From Craspedostauros australis (Eukaryota): a stretch of DNA of 64,000 nucleotides. This document shows, in pieces, positions 35,224 through 47,519 of this stretch (position 1 is the first letter of the stretch; every line of letters begins with the position of its first letter). Under the pieces are notes generated by a model. That model saw only the letters and a list, made by a program, of their open reading frames with translations, did not search any database and was not told where the DNA came from. Both the position numbers and the translations under genes were made by a program. The stretch spans positions 1 to 64,000 of the forward strand of contig JALAGF010004599.1 in assembly GCA_030167865.1 (NCBI GenBank), given 5' to 3'.

Positions 35224-37698
35224 ATGGCGATCCTGAACGACTTGCCGCTCTACAGAGCCTGCCAAACAGGCAACCTGTGGAACGTCCGACTTCTCCTGGT
35301 GTACTGTCTGTTCGGCGTTGACGCAGATGATCGGAAGAAGCGCATTGCCGAGCTATTGCACGTAGCCTGCGAGAATGCGCACAAGCCAGTCGTTGCGTAC
35401 TTGGTGGAGTTCTACTACGCCGAGATCGATGTCAACATCCGCGGCAAGTACGGCGACTCATGTCTCCATCGGCCATCGTCTCGTGGCCATGCCGACGTTG
35501 TGGAGTACCTCATCAACTCCAATCGAATCGCGGTGGACGTCAACAGCCGAAACGACTTTCGCGAGACTCCGCTGCTGCTCGCATGCGACAAAGGGCACAT
35601 CGATGTGGTCAAGTGTCTGATTGAATCGGCGCATGATCGCATCGACTTCGGTGCGCAGAACAAGTACGGAGGCACGGCATTGCACAGAGCATGCCAGAAT
35701 GGCCACACGCCCGTCGTTCGGTACCTCCTTGAATCCGACAAAGCCAGCATCGACGTCGAGGCGCGCAATGCCAGCGGCGAAACGGCCTTCCATCTTGCCT
35801 GCGAGCACGGCCAAAATGACCTGGTGCGGTGCCTGGTGGAGTCCAACCGGGTACACACCGATGCCAATGCGCGGGATCACCGCGGGCACACTCCGTTCCA
35901 CAATGCCTGCTGTCACGGCCACCGCAACGTAGTACAGTACCTGGTCGAATCCTTTCACGTCGACGTTGACATCAACGCTCGAAACCGTCATGGTGACACA
36001 CCGCTGCATCTGGCCTGCAGGAATGGTCGCTGGAACGTAGTCGCGTACTTGATCCAATCAGGTCGATTCGATGCTCGTAACCTGATGGACCTCAACGCAA
36101 AGAATGAGTACGGCTACACGCCGTTCCATTATGCCTGCTGCGGCGGACACACTCCGGTTGTCGAATGCATGGTCAAGGCAGGCAGATCCGACCTCGATGT
36201 CAACGTCCAGAACAACCAGGGCGACACGGCCTTCCTGGCGGCTTGCAGATGGGGTCGTTTGGACGTCGTCAAGTTCCTGATCCGATGCGACGAAGCCAGA
36301 ATCGACGCTAACATAAAAACCGATGGTGGCACCAGCCCATTGGCGGTGGCGGTGCTGAACGAGCGCATGCAGGTAGTCCGCCACTTGACGACTTCCGGCC
36401 AAACCAGCGTCGACATCCACGCACGAGATGAGAAAGGTGACACAGCACTGCATCTTGCCTGCCACCGAAGCAGCAAGGCCATGGTGGAAGAACTGATGCG
36501 CTCAAGGCACTTCAACGCCAGCTTGATTGCAAAGAACAATGGCGGAGCAACACCGCTCCACTACGCCTGCGCAAAGGGGCGAAAGGACATCATTCGATCC
36601 TTGGTGGAATCAGATCGCAGCCAAATCCGTGCCAGCAAGGGCACGAACGTGTGGCGCAATGAGTTTGGCAACACTCTCCTCCATGCTGCGTGTTGGCATG
36701 GGCACAAGGACGTCGTCGAGTACCTGATGCAATGCGATCACATCGAGACGAACATCAACACGGAGAATTCGAATGGCGACACAGCATTCCATTACGCCTG
36801 TTGGAACGGACACGCGGATGTGATCCAATACCTGATCGAATCGAACCTCACCAACATCAAGATGAACCTGCAGAACAAGCATGGCAACACGCCGCTGCAT
36901 CTGGCATGCCAATCTGGACATCAGCGTTCCGTCATGCACTTGCTGAGATACGATCGCATCCATGCCGCGGATGTCAACATCCAGAATGCCAACGGCGACA
37001 CGCCGCTGCATCTGGCCTGCTGGAATCGGCACGGAGACATCGCTGGGTACTTGTTGCAGTCCCATCCCGGCACCATCAACCTCAATGTGCAAAACAAGCA
37101 GGGCAACACTCCCCTGCATGATGCATGCGCCAAGAACCAAAGGAACCTGGTCTCCCATCTGATCGATTCTCATCAGGAAAGGCTGCAAGTCGGTATCCAG
37201 AACGATGATGGCCGCACTGCACTTCATCTGGCATGCGCCAACGGTTTCACATTCCAGACCAACGACGCAATGAAGCTCTCAAACCTCCACGACTACATTC
37301 AAACTGCTGTCGTACCGAGCATGAACCTGCACAACGTCGGGCATGCCTCCAAGGGAGACCCGATCGATCGCCTTATGCGCATGGCGATGCGTGTCGTGGA
37401 TGTCCAGGACCGCAACGGCAACACGCCTCTGCACTGCGCCTGCGCCCTTGGCGATGCACACGCCGTCCGAGACCTCATTGCATCGGAAGGTGCACAGGCC
37501 AACCTCCCGAATGATGACGGCGACACGGCCTTGCACGAGGCCTGCCGCAAGGGCAACTTCGATGCGTTACAGATGCTGGTGGGATCCGAACAAGTTGAAC
37601 TTGATTTGGATCTCGCCAACAATGCAGGAGAAACCGTGATGGACGTTGCCATCCAGAACAACTATCGCAACATCATGGCGTACCTCACCCATTTGTGA
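35224..37698 (+). CDS. Ankyrin-repeat protein (~20 repeats)
   Basis: Recurrent G.TPLH.AC..GH..VV.YL...D.N..N motif with ~36-aa period. Confidence 0.95.
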   Translation: MAILNDLPLYRACQTGNLWNVRLLLVYCLFGVDADDRKKRIAELLHVACENAHKPVVAYLVEFYYAEIDVNIRGKYGDSCLHRPSSRGHADVVEYLINSNRIAVDVNSRNDFRETPLLLACDKGHIDVVKCLIESAHDRIDFGAQNKYGGTALHRACQNGHTPVVRYLLESDKASIDVEARNASGETAFHLACEHGQNDLVRCLVESNRVHTDANARDHRGHTPFHNACCHGHRNVVQYLVESFHVDVDINARNRHGDTPLHLACRNGRWNVVAYLIQSGRFDARNLMDLNAKNEYGYTPFHYACCGGHTPVVECMVKAGRSDLDVNVQNNQGDTAFLAACRWGRLDVVKFLIRCDEARIDANIKTDGGTSPLAVAVLNERMQVVRHLTTSGQTSVDIHARDEKGDTALHLACHRSSKAMVEELMRSRHFNASLIAKNNGGATPLHYACAKGRKDIIRSLVESDRSQIRASKGTNVWRNEFGNTLLHAACWHGHKDVVEYLMQCDHIETNINTENSNGDTAFHYACWNGHADVIQYLIESNLTNIKMNLQNKHGNTPLHLACQSGHQRSVMHLLRYDRIHAADVNIQNANGDTPLHLACWNRHGDIAGYLLQSHPGTINLNVQNKQGNTPLHDACAKNQRNLVSHLIDSHQERLQVGIQNDDGRTALHLACANGFTFQTNDAMKLSNLHDYIQTAVVPSMNLHNVGHASKGDPIDRLMRMAMRVVDVQDRNGNTPLHCACALGDAHAVRDLIASEGAQANLPNDDGDTALHEACRKGNFDALQMLVGSEQVELDLDLANNAGETVMDVAIQNNYRNIMAYLTHL

Positions 37699-38157
37699 AA
37701 GCACACAGGCATCGCAGTTGGGCGTGCGAGTAGGAGTAGAAGTAGAAGCACGGCTATGACCTTGTCGGAATAGATCAGTACTTTGCCTCATCCTGATCAT
37801 TTGACGCTTACGCACTGGTGGCAAAACTGATGTCAGTGTTGTTACGCGCCACGCCCTGTATTGTGTACAGTCTACGCATATCAATCTAGAGATGATTGAT
37901 GTTTCTCAGCCACATCTGTCCGTCTGCCCGCTTCCCCATCTCCAGAACACGCAACCGAGCCATCACCAACACATCCAAAAGCCATCACATCAAAACACGC
38001 TGGTGGGAGGAGATCCGGCCACAATCTTTTTTCTGCTGCTTCGGAAGCCACAGAGAGACAGCAACCATCATCCCAACCAAGCCACTGCGTCAAGCGTTTC
38101 ACACATCACACATCACACATCACACTCTCATTCGCAACAGCAACACTCGGAACGACA

Positions 38158-40163
38158 ATGGCCTCCAACGAGCAACAACGTGAGTGATGGATTGATGGAT
38201 TGATGGATTGCGATGATGTTGTTCATGAAAGTCTCATCACATGGTCGTGATCTTGGATGTCTCGGATTCACCGCAGCGTTGGGAACCATTGCACGAGGAC
38301 CCCGAAAACAGGCAGCCTAGCCTCGAAGTCTCGTGGTTCGGAGATGGCAATCTTGTCTTTCTCTGTCATCTCATCCACACCAACTTCTTCCTTCATTTAT
38401 TCCTTCATTCATTCATTCCTTGTTGCTCCGTTGAATGGTTGTGATCGCCTCGTTGCGGCGCTAACGCAGCCACCGGAGCGCGCGGCGGGCTCTTCGGTGC
38501 CGGTGGCCGCTTCAAGGGCGGCACCGATCCCATCATGGAGAAGTTCAACGAAAGCATCAGCTTCGACAAGCGCATGTGGGCGCAGGATATCCGTGGATCC
38601 GTCGCCTACGCCAAGGCCATCGGCAAGACCGGCATCATCACGCAGGAGGAGGTGGACCAGCTGATCTCCGGTCTCGACAAGGTCCATGAGGAATGGGCCA
38701 AAGGAACGTTCGAGCTCAAACCAGGCGACGAAGACATTCACACGGCCAACGAACGCCGATTGACGGAGATCATCGGCGCCGTCGGCGGCAAGCTCCACAC
38801 TGGCAGATCCAGAAACGACCAGGTCGCCACCGACACGCGTCTCTGGCTCGTCGAGGCAGAGCGAGACATCCTCAAGGACATGGCCGTCCTTCTTCACGCC
38901 GGTGCCGAGTTTTCGCAGAAGCACATCAACGTGCTCATGGCCGGATACACCCACCTTCAGCCAGCGCAGCCAATCCGCTTCTCGCATTGGATGCTCAGCC
39001 ACTTGTCGCCGCTCATGCGCGACGCTCAGCGATTGCAGGAGCTCATCCCCCGCGTCAACCAGTGTCCTCTCGGATCAGGGGCCTTGGCAGGCAATGCATT
39101 CGGAGTCGATAGAGAATTCCTCGCGAAGGAGCTGGGCTTCGACGGGGTCACCCCCAACTCGCTGGATTCTGTCTGCGACCGTGATTTCGTCGTCGAATTC
39201 TTGATGTGGCATGCCCTCATGTGCACCCATCTCAGTCAGTTTGCGGAAGATGTCATCATCAACAACCTTCTCAAGGGCATCGATATCGACGACGCCTACG
39301 CCACGGGTTCATCCCTCATGCCGCAAAAGAAGAACCCGGACGCCCTGGAATTGCTGCGCGGCAAAGCGGGCGTGGCCCTCGGAAGGGCGGTTGGACTCAC
39401 CGCAACTCTCAAAGGTCTGCCACGTGCCTACAACAAAGATCTGCAGGAGGACAAGGTGCTGTTATTTGATTCCGTTGACACCGTCAAAGATTGCCTTGCC
39501 ATCGCCACTGGTGTCATCGTCACCATGAGACCGAATCCTGAAATGCTCCTCAAGGCGCTGAGTCCGGAAATGCTCGCCACAGATCTGGCCGATTACTTGG
39601 TTCGCAAGGGAGTGCCATTCCGAGAAACCCATCACATCAGGTACGTGCTCCTCTTCTTCTACTCCATCAAATTGCTGCTACTCTACAGATACACAACTGT
39701 CCTGAGGCAAAAAGTATATCACTCGAAATACATGAAAGCAACACGACCCGCACAAATGTGCAGCATCGTTCCTGAATGCGTTCCACACACCATGCCATGT
39801 CCTCGTATTTCACTCAAACTCAAACTCACAGTCAATCACATCATCGCTCGCAACACCCTCACACCATATTCTATCCAACTCGACCCAACCCAACCCAATG
39901 ACACACCTCGCACCGCGCATCATACATTCACAATTCACAGCGGCGCTTGCGTCCGTTTGGCCGAGGAGCAGAAGGTCAGCATTGATACGCTGACACTCGA
40001 ACAACTACAAAAGATCGATGCCAGATTCGAGGCAGACGTCAAGAATGTTTGGGATTACGAGGTCAGCGTGGAGAGGAAGCAATCCATCGGCGGAACGGCC
40101 AAGTCGGCGGTGCAAAGGCAGGTTGATGAAATGATTGCCTTCTGCAAACAATTTGACAAGTAG
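38158..40163 (+). CDS. ASL: Argininosuccinate lyase; exons 38158-38179, 38470-39640, 39941-40163
   Basis: GGRF, EDIHTANERRL, KLHTGRSRNDQVATD, GYTHLQ.AQP, signature GSSLMPQKKNPD, GVPFRETHHIS after splicing. Confidence 0.95.
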
Positions 40164-40321
40164 AGAAACACCGGACTGCTCTACTCTAATGCACTGACGG
40201 GTACTTATTGTGTGGTGTTGTATGCAAGTGTTTCTCAGCAACTCTTCTCATTTTCGTAGTACAGAGTGCTCAGCTCCTGATTGCAGCGCACTTTAATGCA
40301 CCTACCTTTGCTACCGTCTTG

Positions 40322-40355
<34 letters not shown>
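40322..40355. repeat. (CT)n microsatellite
   Basis: Directly visible, with one interruption. Confidence 0.9.
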
Positions 40356-40623
40356 TTGCATCCCGGCTTGTGTACCACCGTATGAATGGATACGCACTGT
40401 GTGCCTGACTTGCTAGAGAAAGGGAACACAGATTGACCCGAAACGGTCGCGGATAAAAAGAATGCATGGAGAAACTATTGTTGCGGACTTGAGATCGTAT
40501 GGCTGTCGATTCAGATTGATGAATGAATACCCAGGACTTTTGCGAGCGTTGCCATCATGTGCGCATCCACAGCATTCCAAATGGTAAGGGCAACGCATGC
40601 CCCAAATCTTCGCTTGAGGGGAA

Positions 40624-43600
40624 TCAGTCGTCATCATCGTCGAGGATTTCGATTACGTCCTGTTGGCCTCGTGACGCAGGAGCACCAGCAGCGCTGCTTG
40701 CTGGTGGCAGTATCGTTGCTGCGATGCGCCGATTGCCATTTCCTCGATTTGCATGCATCTCTGAAAGTTTTGTTTGCATCACTTGTGCGTAGTGTGTTGC
40801 AAAGTCCGGGCAGTCAATGAATGTCAAGGAGACCGTGCCTTGGTTCAAGAAGCGGGTCATGCACTGCGAAGCCTCCTGCATGCTGTTGGTTAGCGGCACA
40901 GTGATGCCGTTGATCATGACAACGATGTCGCCTCTGGTGGGTTTCAATGCCGTCGGATCCAATCCTTGCCTGTTGATGACAACGAGACGGCCATGGAATA
41001 ATTCAAGCTCGATGCCAAACCTTGGCCCGTAAAACTTGACCGTGTATAAACGGCTGTTGGGGAGTTTTGCTGTGTAATTGAACTTCCCATCGTGCGTAAT
41101 CAACGCAGCCCCCGCATTCGCTGCGGGTTTACCTGATTCACCGTTGGCATCAGTCACTTCAACATCATCGTCTTCATCATCGGACAGTTCGATGGCGTCA
41201 TTTTCGGTAGCTCCAACTGCGGCTGCTTCTGCTGACGGGGAGTCTAGTGGCAAGTCAGTGGATGGTAGTAACCCTTCATCTCCATTCATGGCTGCCTGCG
41301 GCATCGCTTCGTTGGAGTCGTCACCATTGCCGATCTCGCCGAGTTCCACTTGTGCGAGCTGTTCGAGATCTTTCTCGAAATCCAAAATGCCAAGCATGTT
41401 CAAATCGTCCTTTTGGGCCGCAGGTTTGGCATTCACTGCCGACATGTCGCCATCATTTCCATCTTCGTCGCCCATGTCAAAGTCTGCCGATGTTCGGAAG
41501 ATGGACATGAACTTCTGCAATGTCGGGTATTGCTTGTGGACGACAAGCTTCTGCTTCTCCTTGCCTTCGACGAACTCGCCGAGATCCATGAACTTCTTTT
41601 CCAGCAATGCCCACAGTAACTCGTCCAGCGTCCCCTCTGCGACGAAGTAGACACATTGAACGCGCGTGCTTTGCCCAATACGATGGCACCGGTCTGGAGT
41701 GGAGTGTTCATTGTTGTTGTGTCATATTGTGCCGTGTTGTGCATGTTGCACAATTTGAGAGGATGACAAATAAGTTTGGGATGAGTTGATCGTCGTGTGC
41801 GCTGCATCTTATTGCCACGGAACGTTCATATGTGCGTGCATAGTAGAACTCTGCGAGTACTACTATGCACAATGCTACTTCCAGTTTGATGATAAACCGA
41901 TCGATTGCAAGCACGGGCAAGGGTGAATTTCACGCGACAAAACGGGGGAGATCACGTACCTTCGGCTTGAATCATCAGAGCCGTTGTCCAGAAGAGCTCT
42001 GCAAACCACACGGTAGAGGATGCTGTCAGCGTGACGGCAACTCCCGCGGCTGTGATGCCAAGGACGGCAATTCGGATTGTGGGATCTTCTTGGAACGCTT
42101 TGATTTGGGCCTGGCGTTCCTTCGGAGCTGTGGAACCATCGATGCGGATGTATTTCTTCTTGCTCTTGTAGCTGTTCGAAAGCCCAACCTGTTCCATGAT
42201 TTCATCCAATACGAACAAATGATGAGCGAAGATGCAGAGCTTGCCCTTCGCCGGATCCGACAGCCATTTCTCCACCAGCTTCACGATGGTGGGTATCTTG
42301 CATCTCGCTGTGAGCCCATACATCTTGTTCAGCGTACCGACCCGACTCTCCCCGTCGCCATCTTGGTTAACGTTGCTGTGTATGGAGTGCAATTCTTCCT
42401 TCTTTTGTACGTCCAAGGTGCGACGTAGATCCTGGGTTGCCTGCTCGACAAATAACCTTTGCTCGGCATCGCTCATCATAGTTTGACTTGTCCCAACCGT
42501 GTATTTGATTCGTTCCACTCCCTCCGCAAATCGCCTTTCATATTCACGATCCAGCGCCAACTGCGTGCTGTCCATCACACCTGCTGGCTTTCCCGTCTCT
42601 GCGGCCGTGCCCGCGTCACCTTCATTTTCATTCCCCAGCGCCGTGTGCTTCTGGGCCAACTGTCCCAGCACGCCCTTGCCCTGCCGCAGCTTGATCATGA
42701 GCCTATGCATCTCCTCACGCGTTTCATCCGTCAAAACGTCCAGCATGGCCTTCTCGCGAAATTTGGCTGGCAACGTCTTGAGGATGTCGCTCTTCAGGCG
42801 CCGGATCATGACAGTCCCGGTGAGCAAGGTGTGCAATTCTGCCCTACGTTCGGACGTGACGTTCTTGACGTAATTCTGGTAGAACTGTTCCTTATTTTCC
42901 CACAACCCGTCCTTCTCCGTGCCTAGAATCGTCAGCTGCGGCCACAGTTCCGATGGTCTTGCGAAGGCCGGGGTGCCAGAGAGCAGCAGGCATCGTTGGG
43001 TTGCGCGGAGCACCGGGACAAGCAGCGACGTTCTCCTCGTTGAAATATTCTTGAGCATGTGACTCTCGTCAACGATTGCGCATCTGAATAGGCCCGGAAT
43101 GATCTTGCCTTGATCGACGAGTGCCGGTGCCAATCCATACGAGCAAACGACCACCTTCGTGGTGGACTTGGGAAAGATCTTCTCCTTTGATGCTGTCAGC
43201 ACGTGTATCTGATCATTTCTGATCGGTTCCATGCATTTCGACTTGTCGACGTTTGACATGTCATCGTCCATGTCATCCCCATCATCGCGAAGGGAATCGG
43301 GAGTGGACCTGGCGGCATCGGCCCGGCCAGGCCCAAGCCACTGCTGAAATTCGTTCTCCCAATGATACCGTGCGCTGCTTGGGGTGAGGACAAGAACAGG
43401 CCATTCCTTGTGGTACATGGAGATGGAGGCAATGGCTTGGATCGTTTTGCCGAGTCCCATGTCGTCTGCAATGAGAGCTCTGCCGCTCTTCTTCATGACG
43501 AATTCGACTCCGCCGCGCTGGAACGGTGAAAGCGTCGTTGCCAAACGCGGAGGGACTCCATTGCGCACGAGCTGCTTGGCTGATGGGTAGGCTTTCGAAC

Positions 43601-45170
43601 GCTCTGCCTTCCCCAGCGATGCGATATTGAGCTGCTGCCTTGGAATGCCCGTGACTCGGATTTGTGGATCTTGAACAAGGTAGGCGAAGAATTCATTGTA
43701 CGCCTCGAGTGGGATCCTCCAACGACCTTCGTCAACGCCCGATTCCGCTTCGCGGTCGTACACGGCCTTGCCGTACGGTTTTGACAACTTTCGAATCGTC
43801 GATCCCAACCCCTCTGTTGACGAGACCTGACCATCGTAGTTGGATTCAACGCCGGAGATCGTGAACTCGGAGAGACTGAGCAACGAAAGCTTGAAGTACC
43901 GTATCTGTTGGTGCGTCTGCTGTTGGGCCTGGATAGGAGTCCGCGGCACGGCATCCCGCCAGCGAGGAACAAAGGAGGGCGGAAGGTCGAAATAGATCGG
44001 ATTGCTGTTTCTGCAGTATGTTGTAGTTTGGCCACGTTGCGTATTGCCAAAAGCAGAACCAGAGGCAGAAGCAACAGAAGCAACAGCAGACACCTGGTTT
44101 GGACTGTATACCAGATTACGAGTGGAAGGGTGCGCAATCGGTTTCCCCGGTTTCTGATTCGGCCTAATCTGCAGCCTGGGGTTGGCGACTTGTGACGACC
44201 GGTAATTCGGTGCTTGTCCACCGTCGTACTGCCTGCCATATGGATGATGTCCATTCTGAGCGCGCTGGCTGTGCCCATTCGACTTGACTGAACCGTTGTA
44301 CTCGTATCCGGTGTGTGAATTCGCCGGCGGCTGTGCCGCTTCCAGTCTTGGTCGTTTTTGCGTGTGAATAACCATCGGGCTGTCGCTGTTGCTCATGCCA
44401 CTTGCATTGGCTGTGTTGCCAATATTTTCGTTATCCTCGTCATCATCGCCAACGAGCAATACCTCGCGGTTGTTCGAAGCTTGACCGTTTGGTGCCTTTG
44501 CTTTTACTTTTGGGGAGGGTGTCCGTAGGTCGATCGGGCTGAGCGCATGGTTTGCGCCATGCTCGTTGATGTTCCATCTACCATCACCGTTGGTGTTGTC
44601 ATTGACAATGCCATTCTGACTGTGGTAATTCGTCTGCTGTTCATCCATCTGCTGGTCGTGCGGTCGATCCTGTCGGTGATGTCGATCCACGTCGTTCGGC
44701 GCACTTGCTGTGGCCTGTCTCGTCGCGTCCGCTAGCCTTGGTCGATTTGCATTGCTCGGTGGCAGAGGAGACAGCTCAATGATCTCATGCGTTTCATCTC
44801 GTTGGGCATGTGTCGGAAGCCCTTCATGTGGATGATGCTCAGATTGACGCTGTCCCTCACGACCATGCCCATGTCTATGTCCATTTTCGTTTTCGCGACT
44901 TGGTTGAGATGCATCAGGCGTCTGTGAAGGTTGGTTGGGTGCCATCTCATGGTCGAAGCTCGCTGTCCCTCCCAGCAGTTCCTCGATGGTCTGGTCCTCA
45001 TGTGCCAATGCTTTGGATGCGTCATCTTCCTCAATTCCTTCTTTTGTCACCAGAAGGTGACCCTGCTGCTCATTCTGTTGATCCTCCTGATGTCCATTCT
45101 GATGTTCGTTCTGATGTTGATCATCACCGTTGACGGCCATGGCGCCAAGAGCACCATCCTCTGCCTCCAT
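40624..45170 (-). CDS. SMARCAL1: SMARCAL1-like SNF2 helicase with C-terminal PDZ-like domain; exons 45170-41960, 41693-40624
   Basis: LSPFQRGGV, LIADDMGLGKTIQA, IVDESH, LLSGTP, MIRRLK, IRIDGST, AAGVAVTLTA, spliced QAEDRCHRIGQ. HARP-like WRIPLEAY segment. Confidence 0.88.
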
Positions 45171-45938
45171 GTCGTTGCGCAAACTTCTCCTTTCCTTTGT
45201 GTTCCTCTGATTCGGGTCGAGGGGAAGTTACGAATGACGTTCCTCTTCGTCCTCTTCGTCCTCTTCGTCCTGTTCGTGGTGTTGTGTCTCGATGTCCGCT
45301 CTGTCCTTTTTTGCAAGTGCGACCTCGGAATACTGTATTTGGACAAGCCGCAACGAGCTTTCAACAAACACCACTGCGTCGGCACGTGCCTCCTCTCCTT
45401 GATCCGGTTGCCTTGACGTTGGTTCGTGACTTTCGCCTCTGACTTTTGGCAGTCTGCTTGTTTGCTGCTTCTCTGTGACCTTGTGGTGGTGTGTCATGGA
45501 GGGTCCGCCAAGGGCGATTTCGCATCATCTCGACGCAGTTCCTCCTGAAGCATCGCATCGCGGAGGGCGCACAACTCAAACACGTCCATGCGCGTGAGAT
45601 TCAAATTCGAAACTTCGCGACCACTCGTGTCCAAGTTTGGTCGTCGTGGTCGTCTTGCGCTGACTCGACTCATCTTTGCTTGCAGTCGCTAGCCTCACAA
45701 CATCAACACAAGGCGCTCGTTTGTTGCGGTGGGAGTTTTACCATCATACTACTACGGGTACAAGCCACTACCACGATACTATTAGCATCATCGTACTGCC
45801 AACATACCAATGCATGTTTTTTACAGTATCTGCAATAATCACTCTCTCTCTCTCTCTCTAACAGAGTAATGTCTATCGTGGTGTCAAACAACGCTTGGAG
45901 GATGTGCGTACATACGACTACGAGTACGAGTACGCCCA

Positions 45939-46963
45939 TCATGCTCCAGTTCTGGCCCTCTTGGCCTTGTGGCCATCTGTGCTCGTATCTTCACCTGCTC
46001 CTGCATCAGAATCGGGTTTCGTTCCTTCTTGCGTTTCAGCGATCGAATCTATTTGTTGCGCAGATTCAGCAGCAGTCGATTCAACCCGACTGCGCTTGCT
46101 GGTCTTCGACGATGATCCCTTCCTTGTCATCTTCGCTCTATTCGCTTCTTCGATGCGCTTGTTCAAACCTTTCTGAACTGCCGCACCGAGCATGTTCAAC
46201 GCCAACTTTCGACGTTTCAGCCCTGCCAGCTGACCAAGGGCTTCCTTCAGCAATCCCCTTGAGAAACAGTCTGCAAATTATTCGGCACGACCCACCAGAT
46301 GACATCAATTGGCATCGTATGGAACATTCGACAGAGTACAACGTAGGGTGCATTGCAATAACGTGTAAATATGCATTTGCCATGTGGTATCGATAATGAC
46401 CCAAGCGAGAATGGGGCAGGACGGAGCGGAACAGAGTAGTCGCACAGTCATGCGATAATGTGAGACGACAACGTTCGTGCTGGTTGCATCACACGCAGCT
46501 ACGGTATTGAATACCATCCGAAGCACTGCACACTACTCTGTCAGCACGAGGCCAATCACAACCAAGTTCCCGTCATTTGAGGAGCGTCCCTCCATCCCAC
46601 TTCCATCTCAATCCATTGACTTGCATTGAATTGCAGCGTACCTGGGTTCAACCCTCCTCCATGATCCAGCAATACCAGCAAATCCAACGCGACGGGACAA
46701 TTCTGCAAGGCCTTGCGCAGTTCCTGATCCGCCTTCACCACGCCCTCCACGCGTTTCAACGCCTCCAAGACTTCCATCACTGATCCCATGAGACGCGTCG
46801 TGGTGGTTCTGTGGATAGCGATATCGTCCCCATCGCTTTCACGCCACGTCTTCACAACCTCGATCGTCGCGGACAACCGCGAGAGCAGCTGGTGCAGTCG
46901 CTCCTGCAGCTTCCTCGCCCCATCCGAGGGCTCCACCTTTGCGCGGCTCAGATTCGAACGCAT
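45939..46963 (-). CDS. MED10: Mediator subunit MED10; exons 46963-46642, 46270-45939
   Basis: Spliced PVALDLLVLLDHGGGLNPDCFSRGLL matches the Med10 'VP.ELL..ID.G.NPD.FT' motif, in a helical protein. Confidence 0.65.
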
Positions 46964-47519
46964 TTCATCTACTTTGCATGTCTTTGCAAATCTCGCCGGT
47001 CTTCAGTGTTGAGTGTTGATGTTGATGCTCACAGATGGAGGATGTGGTGGGAAACAGTGCTCTCCACAAACCAGATCGTGTTGCGAGAAGAAGGACACAA
47101 GGAGGTCCAACGACGGTGTTTGGTGTCGTGTTGGTGCATTCTCGCTGTTGTGATTCCGTGTGGATTTCGAGTCGAATGAGTCATTCCGCCTAATCCAACA
47201 CGATTGGCCGATTTTGGCGCCAGAACTTACGCCTCATGAAGTCTCATGCCACTTTGGAGCTGTGGTGTGCTATCGGCGGTATGATAATACTCTGTCTGGT
47301 GTGACCTATTCTAGTATATCGTATGATTATACGCACGTCGTTCTAATCGTTGTATCCCTAATTGTAAGCCTCCTTCATGGAGGGTGCCATTGTGATTGCA
47401 ATTGCTGCTCTCCCATGAACATGATCGTCGCGTGAACGTGAACTCCGACACAGATCCACCCGAAAATACTTCGTCACTGCGAAGTGCCATGCAATCAAAG
47501 CTTCCGCGCCTGGTTTGTC

